Sequence record: OP617745.1
Direction: 5' to 3' (one strand)
Length of the DNA stretch: 64,000 nt
Part shown: positions 16,031 through 25,477 of the stretch, one piece after another
Numbering within the stretch: the first letter of the stretch is position 1
How the letters are laid out: the number at the start of each line of letters is the position of its first letter
Made by a program: the position numbers and the translations under genes
Notes under the pieces: generated by a model
The model's database searches: none
Seen by the model: the letters and a program-made list of their open reading frames with translations, nothing else
Told to the model about the DNA's origin: nothing

Positions 16031-16760
16031 TACAGGGGTAAGAAAAACCCCTATCAAGAAAATTAAAAAAGAAGAATATGTATGTTATTTCTGTGATAAA
16101 AAATTTAAAAGAGAAAATACTATACTAACACATAAATGTGTTAAACGTGATCGATATAATAATCGAGAAAGTCGTTTAATGAGAGAAGCATTAAGAATAT
16201 ATCTTTTGTTTATGAAAATAAATCATTTGCCACTAAAGAAAGACGTTGAACCACTAATGTATTTTATCAAATCTTTGTATTTTAATGACTTCTATGATTT
16301 CGCTAATTACATTCTAAATAATGATATACTTGAAAAAGAAAGATTTTTGAATCACATTATGACTAGTGGTATGTCAGTGCAGAAATGGACTACTCATGCA
16401 GTACTTGAAGAGTGGGTTCTTCATGTATTAAAATATGAACATCCAGAACGTGGTGTAGAACGTTCTATTATGGCAATAGTCGAATGGTCTGAATTGACGT
16501 CAAACGAATGGACTACATTTTTTGATAATGTTTCTCCTGCTCGTTTTATTGCATGGGTAGAAAGTGGTAAAATATCTCCATGGTTATTATGGACTGTTCC
16601 ACCGGAAGTGCTTAGAAAAATAACAGACCGACTTAGTGATTCTGAGCTTGAATATATAGTCAAATATATTGATCCTACTTATTATCAAATAAAAAGTATA
16701 AATCCTTATCAAGTATCAGTGCAAAAATTAAAAACTATATTACAAGATTCGGGATTTTAA
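16014..16760 (+). CDS. Zinc-finger (CxxC...HxC) hypothetical protein
   Basis: YVCYFCDKKFKRENTILTHKC. Confidence 0.6.
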   Translation: MAKRSSTGVRKTPIKKIKKEEYVCYFCDKKFKRENTILTHKCVKRDRYNNRESRLMREALRIYLLFMKINHLPLKKDVEPLMYFIKSLYFNDFYDFANYILNNDILEKERFLNHIMTSGMSVQKWTTHAVLEEWVLHVLKYEHPERGVERSIMAIVEWSELTSNEWTTFFDNVSPARFIAWVESGKISPWLLWTVPPEVLRKITDRLSDSELEYIVKYIDPTYYQIKSINPYQVSVQKLKTILQDSGF

Positions 16761-16763
16761 AAT

Positions 16764-17129
16764 ATGAGTATATATAAAAAAACTATCAATGAAGGTAAAA
16801 TTGATAATCTCTATCACAGAAATGTAACTAAACCAGAAGTACAGAGTATTAAAAAATCATCTGAACTTAAATTGCTCAGAAGTGGAAGTGTAACTGAAAT
16901 AACACTGGATGATAAAACATTTCAGGTTTATGATGCACATAAGATTCATAATATTATTACGTTCGTTGAACGACATGAAGATAGTATATTCAATTTAAGA
17001 CAAGATAATAATAATCTTAAAAAACAAATACAAATACTATCAAAGAATATTCAAACATTACAAAGTACTGTTACAAAATTACAGGAACAATTAAAAAATG
17101 CAGGATTCAGTTCAAACAACTACTTATAA
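16764..17129 (+). CDS. Hypothetical coiled-coil protein
   Basis: 121-aa ORF with a heptad-like C-terminal half. Confidence 0.65.
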   Translation: MSIYKKTINEGKIDNLYHRNVTKPEVQSIKKSSELKLLRSGSVTEITLDDKTFQVYDAHKIHNIITFVERHEDSIFNLRQDNNNLKKQIQILSKNIQTLQSTVTKLQEQLKNAGFSSNNYL

Positions 17130-17739
17130 AAAAGCAAGAACCGACATTGACATTGATGTAAAAGATGCAAAAGAAGTAATAAGTATTATTCCTTGTACAA
17201 GGAGTACTGAAAAAATTAATGAAAGTGGGTTAATCGTTCATAATAGTGGAGTTCATTTTGATAATATTCCTGTTGATCCTGTTACTGGGTATAGTAGTAT
17301 TGAATATAAAAAAGCCGAACAATTAGGGTATCAAAAAGTTGATATCCTTTCTAATTCGGCTTATAAGTACGTGAGAGACCGAGAACATTTAATTGAACTC
17401 GTTAATAAAGAACCACAATGGGATTTATTGCTGATACCAGAAATAGTAGAAGAATTGTCACATATTAAAAAACACATTTCACTTCTTAATGTATGGAAAC
17501 CACAAAGCATAGATGAACTGGCAATGTTTATTGCCATGATTCGTCCGGGGAAATACAAATGCCAAAGTATGAATTCATGGGATGAAGTACGTAAAGAAAT
17601 ATGGGATTACAGTACAGTACCAGTGCAGGAAGATGGTAAAAAGGTAATGTATTTCAAAAAACCACATGCTTACGCGTATAGTTTTATGATTGTGGTGCAA
17701 TTGAACGCATTAGTTGAACACATTATGTCCTCTTCTTGA
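17098..17739 (+). CDS. dnaE: Minimal DnaE-like (family C polymerase) catalytic fragment
   Basis: TDIDID, HNSGV, GYQKVDIL, FIAMIRPG and FKKPHAYAY correspond to the DnaE motifs PDFDVD, HAGGV, GLVKFDFL, LVALFRPG and FNKSHSAAY. Confidence 0.8.
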   Translation: MQDSVQTTTYKKARTDIDIDVKDAKEVISIIPCTRSTEKINESGLIVHNSGVHFDNIPVDPVTGYSSIEYKKAEQLGYQKVDILSNSAYKYVRDREHLIELVNKEPQWDLLLIPEIVEELSHIKKHISLLNVWKPQSIDELAMFIAMIRPGKYKCQSMNSWDEVRKEIWDYSTVPVQEDGKKVMYFKKPHAYAYSFMIVVQLNALVEHIMSSS

Positions 17740-18079
17740 GGGCAACATTTCTTCGTTTAATTCGTTTTTGCGGTAAATCACTTAAAGATGTTTGTGGTCC
17801 ACTGATGAATTTAATTTGTGGTGTATCGAAACGCTTAGTATAGTTTTCAAATTTTTCCATTTCTTCCTGGAAAAATAAACATACTGGAATCAGCCTATTA
17901 CTCTGAAACCACCAGTCCTCTGCTAACTGGAGTATTTCCTCTCTTTCTTTTTTAGACATAAGATCCAAGCAATAGAGTGTTGTGTATTTGGTACTCTTTA
18001 TTTTAATTATCCCAATGTAGGTATTTTCGTTGTGGTCGAGTACTGTAATGTATTCGGGAAATGCTTGGTATTGATTCAT
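17723..18079 (-). CDS. Hypothetical protein
   Basis: 118-aa ORF with a TATAAATA motif upstream (18118-18125, minus strand). Confidence 0.7.
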   Translation of the reverse strand: MNQYQAFPEYITVLDHNENTYIGIIKIKSTKYTTLYCLDLMSKKEREEILQLAEDWWFQSNRLIPVCLFFQEEMEKFENYTKRFDTPQIKFISGPQTSLSDLPQKRIKRRNVALKKRT

Positions 18080-18139
18080 ATCACTTCCATAAATATTATA
18101 TAGGTTTTAGTATTAAGTATTTATAGAAGGAAAATATTA

Positions 18140-19117
18140 ATGTCTCATAGTGGCGTATATATGTACCCATATAATCAGGAAGTATCATTAGGAAATTTCA
18201 ATATGCCATTTCATAATGAGAAAATTGTTATATACAGAGGTGCGAATAATAATTTATCCTTTACAATCCATAATGCTGATGGAAAATATACAAAAATAAA
18301 AGACAATGAATATTTGACATTCATGATCTTCGATGCAAGAAATAATAGTATTTTATTTAATACTGTACTTGATAAACAAATTCCATCGTGGTTATCTGAG
18401 AGTGGTCAGGCACGACAATCACTTGGTAATAAAGAAAAAGTTTATTATGGTTGTGTTGTTCCTGCTGGTGTTATTCAGGATACTAGTCCGGGTTTAAAAT
18501 ATCGATGGAGTATTGTCAAAACTACTATTGATGGTTCTCTTCTTGAACCCACTCAATATTTGTATACTGGACTTGATTATGAAGCATATGGTGAATTACA
18601 AATTTCAGATAAAGCTGCACCTGTGTTTGTCCCCAGTACTGAAGTTTCTAAGGATAAAAATTCTTCATGGAAGTCTATCAAAGATAGTTACAGAGAAGTT
18701 ATCAGTGATTCTTTAAAAGGTGAATATGATGTAATGTGTACTTCTCCATTAGCAGCACAAATGCAATATGGGTTAGTTGATGGATTGAGTACAATTGCAC
18801 TTTATACTGATAATTTTATTGGAAGAATACAATTACAAGGTTCACTTGAAAATAATGTACCGTCTGATGAAGAGAATTACAAATGGTTTATTATTAAATT
18901 AGATTCAAGTGAATACATTCAAAATAGTATAGATGAAAATGGATTCATTATTCCTATGAATGGAATACAGACATTTAATTTCAAAGGCAATTATATGTGG
19001 TTAAGAGTTGTGGTATGTATTCCACCAATCGAGTATACTGTTCCTTATGATTATAATACTGTGCGTAAAGAATACGATCCATTAAAAACACTTCCAAAAA
19101 TATTGATTCGTCGATAA
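18140..19117 (+). CDS. Probable structural protein
   Basis: 325-aa beta-rich ORF with ATAAATA at 18089-18095 upstream. Confidence 0.55.
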   Translation: MSHSGVYMYPYNQEVSLGNFNMPFHNEKIVIYRGANNNLSFTIHNADGKYTKIKDNEYLTFMIFDARNNSILFNTVLDKQIPSWLSESGQARQSLGNKEKVYYGCVVPAGVIQDTSPGLKYRWSIVKTTIDGSLLEPTQYLYTGLDYEAYGELQISDKAAPVFVPSTEVSKDKNSSWKSIKDSYREVISDSLKGEYDVMCTSPLAAQMQYGLVDGLSTIALYTDNFIGRIQLQGSLENNVPSDEENYKWFIIKLDSSEYIQNSIDENGFIIPMNGIQTFNFKGNYMWLRVVVCIPPIEYTVPYDYNTVRKEYDPLKTLPKILIRR

Positions 19118-19120
19118 ATT

Positions 19121-19149
19121 TGAACGAAAATACCTTTTAGTGATAGAAT
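19121..19149 (+). promoter_or_regulatory. Promoter TGAACG-N17-TAGAAT
   Basis: Recurrent motif upstream of the primase gene. Confidence 0.55.
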
Positions 19150-19175
19150 GTTTTTATCAAAAGAAGGAAAACGAG

Positions 19176-20234
19176 ATGAATCAAGTTCAAAATATAGTAT
19201 CTCAAATTTTTAAAGACCCGGTGCCAGCGATAAACCAGTGGAAAAGACATAACTGTCCTGCTTGTGTTTTTCGTGGTCAGGGTCGCCCAGATACAAGAGG
19301 ACGTGGAAATCATATATTCAATGCTGATGGTGGTATTGCATATAACTGCTTTAACTGTCATTTAAAAGTGTCATGGGTTCCTGGTTTATATATGAGCAAA
19401 GATTTTAAATCTTTGCTTTCTTATTTTGGGGCTGATGAAAAAAGTATTGCATATTTAGATCTCTTCGTTAAAGAAATGGTCAATAATGAAGAATATAAAA
19501 AAGAAACACCATCCTCTAAACTATTTCAAAATTTACAAACAAGATCGTTGCCAGAGAATGCAAAAACATTTATAGAATGGGCTAATACTGAACAACCACC
19601 AAAGGAATTCATTTCAGTACTAAATTCCGTAAATTCAAGAAATCCATATATTCTGGATTTGGACTTATACTGGAGTCCATCTAAAGAGCATCAATTATAT
19701 AATCGATTTATTATACCTTATTATATGAATAATAAAATAATTGGTTATACTGCTCGTCATAAAGAACACAATCCCACCAAGTCATTGCGATATATAAACC
19801 AAGTCAGTACTAATATTTTATATAATTATGATTTATTAAATGATAACAGAATTAAAACGATTTTAGTTACCGAAGGACCAATTGATGCCGCATTGATGGG
19901 TGGTGTAAGTGCAAACAACTATTTTTTAACTTCTCCACAGATTGATTTATTAAAAGCAGCACAGGAACGTGGTAAGAAAATAGTCATTGTACCTGACAGG
20001 GATAAAAATGGATTGGAAGCAGTAAATCAGGCAATTGATAATGGGTTTAGTGTTTCATTACCAAATTTTGGAACTATTAAAGATCCAACCAAATTCGGAC
20101 ACAGACCAATAAAAGACTTCGATGAAGCATGTGTTATATATGGAAGAATATTTTGTTTACAATTAATACACGATTCAATACTAGATACTGAATTTTCAAT
20201 CAAAACAAGAATTGCAAATTCATGGGATATATAA
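19176..20234 (+). CDS. gp61: DNA primase (gp61/DnaG-like)
   Basis: Zinc finger CPAC...CFNC; TOPRIM motifs TEGPIDA and PDRD. Confidence 0.9.
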   Translation: MNQVQNIVSQIFKDPVPAINQWKRHNCPACVFRGQGRPDTRGRGNHIFNADGGIAYNCFNCHLKVSWVPGLYMSKDFKSLLSYFGADEKSIAYLDLFVKEMVNNEEYKKETPSSKLFQNLQTRSLPENAKTFIEWANTEQPPKEFISVLNSVNSRNPYILDLDLYWSPSKEHQLYNRFIIPYYMNNKIIGYTARHKEHNPTKSLRYINQVSTNILYNYDLLNDNRIKTILVTEGPIDAALMGGVSANNYFLTSPQIDLLKAAQERGKKIVIVPDRDKNGLEAVNQAIDNGFSVSLPNFGTIKDPTKFGHRPIKDFDEACVIYGRIFCLQLIHDSILDTEFSIKTRIANSWDI

Positions 20235-20248
20235 AATAAAGGAATATA

Positions 20249-21817
20249 ATGAACAAATCAATCACACCGGACGTGACTCAATATAGTATTAAAAATCAAG
20301 AATATCTTCTTTCTCAAATTTTTACAAATCCAGATTTGTATGTACGTTGTAAAAATATCTTAAAACCTGAATATTTTGATAAGATATTTCAAAACAGTAT
20401 TCAGTACGTTCATGAATACAGTAATAAGTACAACGGTGGTTTCCCAACTCTACTTGATATTGAAGTTAAAAGTGGATTTCAATACACTGAAATTAAAGTA
20501 TCTGAATTAAACAAACAAGCTGTATTAGATCATTGCGGTGAATTTTGTCGTCACAAAGCACTAGCACTTGCAGTTGAAAAGGGAATGGAATTAGTTCAAC
20601 AAAAAAAATATGGTGGTATTGAAGAATTAATCCGTGAAGCCATGCTTGTTACTGTACAAAATGAATTAGGTCTTGATGTATATGAAAACCCAGAGGAAAC
20701 AATCCAGTCACTTAAAGATATGCAGGGTTCGATGCGAAGTGGATGGGATACTCTTGATTTCAAATTATTTGGTGGTTTTGGTAAACAAGAACTTGAAATA
20801 TTCGCAGCGGCAAGTGGTGGTGGTAAATCGGTTGTACTACAAAATATCGCAGTTAACTTTTCCAAAATGGGATTAAATGGTGCATATATTTCACTGGAAC
20901 TTGCAGAAGAACTGGTTGCGGTTCGTATCTATGGTATGATGACTGATACTAAACTGAGTACAATCAAAAGCGATGCAAGTAACATTGGTATGAAAATCGC
21001 CATTGATGGTAAACAGTCTGGTTCACTGAGGATTAAGCGTTTACCAGAATCGATTACAACTTCTAATGATATCGAAAGTTACATTCGTGAATTACAAATA
21101 AAAACTGGGATTAAACTGGATTATATTTGTGTGGACTACTTAGACTTGATGACCTCGGAACGTAGTACTGATGCATCAAACGTGTTTGTTAAGGATAAAT
21201 TTGTATCAGAAGAATTACGTGCCTTAGCACATACTATGGACATGACTGTATTCACAGCCGCACAGTTTAACCGTAGTGGTATTAATGAAGAAAAGAAAAG
21301 TCAGGCACAAATTGCAGGTGGCATGTCAAAGATTTATACTGCTGATAACGTAATTTATATCGAAACTAATAAAGATAAAGGTGAACTTTGGTTTGACTTC
21401 CAGAAAACTCGTAACAGTTCTGCTGTAGGTTCAAAACTTCGTATGTCTTATAATATGGACTCTCTTCGAGTACTGGATCATGCACAAACAATTCAGGAGC
21501 TTGAGTGTAATAAGAGTGGTTTTAAGCTCACACAGAGTACTATGGGTGTTGGTGGAGGCTCAGTGACACAACCCCCTTCGACTATGACAAGTCTTCGCCA
21601 CAGCCTTTACAATGCAAATATGGGGCTATCTCAACCAGTTGAAGTTGAACACAATGTAGACAACACAAGTGTACTAAATACTGACAATGAGGATGTTTTA
21701 AATTCGCCAGTACAAGAAAATGAAACAATTGAAGAATTTGAAATTGTAGAATCGGTGCAGACAAAACTTTCTCCAAGTAAAATTAGTAATATGAGAGACT
21801 TTTTAGGGAAGAGATAG
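20249..21817 (+). CDS. gp41: Replicative DNA helicase (gp41/DnaB-like)
   Basis: Walker A ASGGGKS, ISLEL, VDYLDL, SEELRALA, AQFNRSG and KTRNS motifs; low-complexity C-terminal tail. Confidence 0.92.
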   Translation: MNKSITPDVTQYSIKNQEYLLSQIFTNPDLYVRCKNILKPEYFDKIFQNSIQYVHEYSNKYNGGFPTLLDIEVKSGFQYTEIKVSELNKQAVLDHCGEFCRHKALALAVEKGMELVQQKKYGGIEELIREAMLVTVQNELGLDVYENPEETIQSLKDMQGSMRSGWDTLDFKLFGGFGKQELEIFAAASGGGKSVVLQNIAVNFSKMGLNGAYISLELAEELVAVRIYGMMTDTKLSTIKSDASNIGMKIAIDGKQSGSLRIKRLPESITTSNDIESYIRELQIKTGIKLDYICVDYLDLMTSERSTDASNVFVKDKFVSEELRALAHTMDMTVFTAAQFNRSGINEEKKSQAQIAGGMSKIYTADNVIYIETNKDKGELWFDFQKTRNSSAVGSKLRMSYNMDSLRVLDHAQTIQELECNKSGFKLTQSTMGVGGGSVTQPPSTMTSLRHSLYNANMGLSQPVEVEHNVDNTSVLNTDNEDVLNSPVQENETIEEFEIVESVQTKLSPSKISNMRDFLGKR

Positions 21818-21828
21818 GAATAATGTGA

Positions 21829-22098
21829 ATGGACGCAAAAAACCAAAATCTATTAGATAGTATTTTTGAACACACATCCGAAAAAAGATCAATACAGCAT
21901 TTTAGTAATAGAGCAGATCACGCGATTAACTCTGTTATTAATTTACTTGAATATATAGAAACTGAATTTGATGCAGACGACGCTGAGGATTTAAAAAAGC
22001 GTTTATTTCTTAGTATAAAGAATAGAGACTATAAAAAGTTTCAAAAAGGATTGGAGAATATTGCACTCGATGAATCCAGAAAGAATAAGGATAATTGA
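21829..22098 (+). CDS. Hypothetical protein
   Basis: 89-aa ORF. Confidence 0.65.
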   Translation: MDAKNQNLLDSIFEHTSEKRSIQHFSNRADHAINSVINLLEYIETEFDADDAEDLKKRLFLSIKNRDYKKFQKGLENIALDESRKNKDN

Positions 22099-23726
22099 TG
22101 ATTTTTGACAAGTCCAAATTTGAAAAATTAACCAAACCACGCAAACTGAAATATATTCAGGAAAATGACTTTTTTGGATTCAATACGAAAAATGCAGTGA
22201 TGGTATTGTATTGTATAGAAAATGGTTTAACGGATGTTGTATATGCACCATGTGGGGCTGAATGTAAAATAACCTCAACTAAACCATCCAAGTATTGTAA
22301 TAGTTATAAAAACAGAAAGGAAGAAACTTGCCCTCTGTGTCATAATTATTATAAAAATACAATGCAAGAGAAGTACAAAGAAAGTTGTACCAAAAAATAT
22401 GGTGTAGAAAATCCAATGAAAAATGCTGAAATTAGGGAAATCTATAAACAGAATTTCATTGATAAAACAGGATATACAAATCCATTGTGCACAGGTACTG
22501 ATTCAAGAACAAAAAGAGATCAAACTTGTATTGTATTATTTGGTTCGGTATCTTCACAAAAAAACCGTACTGTTAGGGATAAAACCATAAAAACAAGTAC
22601 AGAAAAGTTTGGTACTGAACATCCTATGAAAAATAAAAATATTTCCACTAAAGCTGGAAATAACTTGAGTTTAGTTCTTAATAAAAAGAAAACAAAAAGA
22701 ATCTTAGAAAATTTATCCGATGGTATTACATTCATCGATGATGAAAAACTGAAATTCAATCAAGAATATGAATTTCGTTGTGATAAATGTAATAATATTT
22801 TTAAACACCATATATGGAATCTTGGAATTAAAAAAATAAATTGTCCTATTTGTTTTCCCATGAACAACAATTCAAGTATACAAGAAAATGAAATCAGAGA
22901 ATATATTGAAAGTTTTGGATTAAAAACAATTAGTACTAAAAATATTATACATCCTTATGAAATTGATATTTATATTCCTGAATTAAAAATAGGATTTGAA
23001 TATAATGGTAGCTACTGGCACAGCACTAAATTTGTTGATAAAAATTATCATTTGATGAAGCTTGAACTGGCAGAAAAATGTAATGTTCATTTGATTAATA
23101 TTCATGAAGTTGATTATCAAAACAATAAAGAAGTAATATTATCTAGAATTAAAAATGTTTTAGGTTTTTCTGAATCTACATATGCCCGTTCTTGTACTAT
23201 AAAAGAAGTTGGTTCAAAAGAAGAGAAGGAATTTCTTAATAAAAATCATTTACAAGGTTATGTTAATAGTAAACTGTGTTATGGATTATATCATGATGAT
23301 GTACTAATGGCTGTAATGTCTTTTGGTAAAACTCGATATGATAAGAATGATGATGGTGTATATGAATTACTAAGATATTGTTCATCTGGTACTGTAATCG
23401 GTGGAGCATCGAGATTACTAAAACATTTTGAAAAATACAATAAACCAAAACGACTAATTTCATATGCATCAAGAGACTGGACAAGTATTAATAATAATTT
23501 ATATAAAACGCTTGGATTTGAATTTGTGAAAAGTACTAAACCTAGTTATTTTTATGAAAAGAATAATACCAAATTCAGTAGATATCAATGTACTTTGAAA
23601 AAATTATATAAAAACGACCCATCACTTTTGCCTAATTTAACAGAAGATGATATAACTATCGGTTTGTATAAGTTCAATAAAATATACACTACTGGGAATT
23701 TGAAATATGAAAAAAACTATAAATGA
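22098..23726 (+). CDS. Putative homing endonuclease (Hef/Vsr-like PD-(D/E)XK) with KYG repeats and a C-terminal GNAT-like domain, copy 1
   Basis: KYGVENP repeats, a CxxC...CxxC ribbon, EIDIYIPELKIGFEYNGSYWHS, then FLNKNHLQG...YELLRY...GGASRLL...SYA. Confidence 0.75.
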   Translation: MIFDKSKFEKLTKPRKLKYIQENDFFGFNTKNAVMVLYCIENGLTDVVYAPCGAECKITSTKPSKYCNSYKNRKEETCPLCHNYYKNTMQEKYKESCTKKYGVENPMKNAEIREIYKQNFIDKTGYTNPLCTGTDSRTKRDQTCIVLFGSVSSQKNRTVRDKTIKTSTEKFGTEHPMKNKNISTKAGNNLSLVLNKKKTKRILENLSDGITFIDDEKLKFNQEYEFRCDKCNNIFKHHIWNLGIKKINCPICFPMNNNSSIQENEIREYIESFGLKTISTKNIIHPYEIDIYIPELKIGFEYNGSYWHSTKFVDKNYHLMKLELAEKCNVHLINIHEVDYQNNKEVILSRIKNVLGFSESTYARSCTIKEVGSKEEKEFLNKNHLQGYVNSKLCYGLYHDDVLMAVMSFGKTRYDKNDDGVYELLRYCSSGTVIGGASRLLKHFEKYNKPKRLISYASRDWTSINNNLYKTLGFEFVKSTKPSYFYEKNNTKFSRYQCTLKKLYKNDPSLLPNLTEDDITIGLYKFNKIYTTGNLKYEKNYK

Positions 23727-23862
23727 AAATGCCAGTTCTGGAAGTACATCATCTGGATCTATTGCTTCCAGTACCAACGGATTACATTATCCGCTAGTCA
23801 CCAGACTTCCCAAGACTAATTTCTTTGGAATGAAAGAATATAAAAAGAAGGATAAAAAATGA
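23707..23862 (+). CDS. 51-aa small protein missed by the ORF track
   Basis: MKKTINENASSGSTSSGSIASSTNGLHYPLVTRLPKTNFFGMKEYKKKDKK fills the gap; its stop overlaps the next ATG (ATGA). Confidence 0.6.
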   Translation: MKKTINENASSGSTSSGSIASSTNGLHYPLVTRLPKTNFFGMKEYKKKDKK

Positions 23863-24251
23863 AACCATATACTTTCTATACAATCAATACAGTTGTTGAT
23901 ATTGGTGATGGTAGTACTCCTACTATATCAAATGGAAAGTTCACTGGTGCTATGAATTTATCAAGGCTGGTAGAAACAATTACTATACATGATTATCCTA
24001 TGATGGTAAGTATTGTAAAAACTGAAGTAGATTTATCAAAAGATAGTAATGCTGAATTTTACAATTTACCATCTGTGTGGGGAAAATGTGTTGTGAGTAC
24101 TTTTAAGTTCGCATTAACAAATGATGTGACATTGAAAATTAATGGTGTTCCATTGGTATTGCCTACTGTAGTTAATAATACCAGAATTACTAAATTCCAG
24201 ACAATGAATACTAACAGGAATATCAGTATTATTAAGCAGACTTTTTATTAA
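23859..24251 (+). CDS. Hypothetical protein
   Basis: 130-aa ORF. Confidence 0.65.
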   Translation: MKPYTFYTINTVVDIGDGSTPTISNGKFTGAMNLSRLVETITIHDYPMMVSIVKTEVDLSKDSNAEFYNLPSVWGKCVVSTFKFALTNDVTLKINGVPLVLPTVVNNTRITKFQTMNTNRNISIIKQTFY

Positions 24252-24290
24252 AATAAATAATTGAAAGATCTTTTTACAAAAGGAATTAAA

Positions 24291-25262
24291 ATGGATATTC
24301 AACAAACATCACAAGAATTACAAAAATTTGCTGATTCTCAGGGAATGAATATTGATGTTTCTACTGTACTTGATAATATGGATGCTGGTGATTTCGTGGA
24401 ATTGAATTCGGCTATCGACTCTAACAATAATCAAGAAATTTTTAAAATTCTTCAAAAATATAAAGCACGTATGAGTGAAAGTTTTGAATATTTTAGTCCA
24501 ACATATGTACTTAAATACGTAACCGAAAATTCAAAACTAAAAGAAATTGATAATTATAGTATTAAAGAATTAAAAGAAGCGTATTCAAAATTCAGTACAT
24601 ATGGTGATATTTCAGAATTTAGTACTCAGGAATTAAAAGCATTAGTGTATGAAGATATAACACAGAATGCTACACAGCTTAATGCGTTAAAAACTAGTAA
24701 TATTGCACAACAAAATCTACAACAGCAACAACAACAAATTAATCCACAGACACAGGCTAAAGTTAAACAAGCAGAATTGCAAAAAGGTACGGGTAATATG
24801 AAAGTATCTGTTCCTGGTCAACAATCTGGTACAGATGAAATTGAACCCCTTGTTGGTATTGATGTTGGACAAACACCACAACAGACATTGGTTGTTACTA
24901 AAAGTGGTTCTAAACCAAATCAGGTTAATATATTTGGTCTAGATGACGTCACCCCAGTTCAGGAATCAAGAAAACTAATGGATGACATTGATAAGATCTG
25001 CACAGAAGAAAAATCTGTACAAGAGATTAATGCAGAAACTAAAAATGTTGCTCCGCCAGCACCTGAACAAAGTGGAACTCCATCACCAGTTACTTATACT
25101 GCTCCTGGTATGGGTGAGTTTATTCATTCAGTACAGGACGTTCCATTTGAAGATGATTTCAGTGGAGAAGAAAGCCCATTAGGAAATTCTAAATTTGAAC
25201 AGAATGATGAAATTGTTAACGATATAATTGATTTATGTAATCGAATGGATAATAGAAAATGA
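24291..25262 (+). CDS. Probable head-associated protein, Gln-rich
   Basis: TAAATA at 24254, AAGGA RBS, a poly-Q run and several hydrophobic-x-E motifs. Confidence 0.55.
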   Translation: MDIQQTSQELQKFADSQGMNIDVSTVLDNMDAGDFVELNSAIDSNNNQEIFKILQKYKARMSESFEYFSPTYVLKYVTENSKLKEIDNYSIKELKEAYSKFSTYGDISEFSTQELKALVYEDITQNATQLNALKTSNIAQQNLQQQQQQINPQTQAKVKQAELQKGTGNMKVSVPGQQSGTDEIEPLVGIDVGQTPQQTLVVTKSGSKPNQVNIFGLDDVTPVQESRKLMDDIDKICTEEKSVQEINAETKNVAPPAPEQSGTPSPVTYTAPGMGEFIHSVQDVPFEDDFSGEESPLGNSKFEQNDEIVNDIIDLCNRMDNRK

Positions 25263-25453
25263 GATCTATAAAAACCGACAATGGTTATAGTATTATCCTT
25301 AGTAATGAAGAGTACTCATTATATAGAAAAATTAAAGCTAGAAAAAAAATTCACGAAGAATCTCTTCCTGAATATTATCAAGAACTCGCCAATAAACTGG
25401 TATCAAGGGGCGTTCTTGATAAAACTGAAGATAATATATATACAGTAAAATAA
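25259..25453 (+). CDS. Small hypothetical protein
   Basis: 64-aa ORF overlapping the upstream stop codon. Confidence 0.6.
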   Translation: MRSIKTDNGYSIILSNEEYSLYRKIKARKKIHEESLPEYYQELANKLVSRGVLDKTEDNIYTVK

Positions 25454-25477
25454 TACAATGTAATTAAAGGAAGTTAT

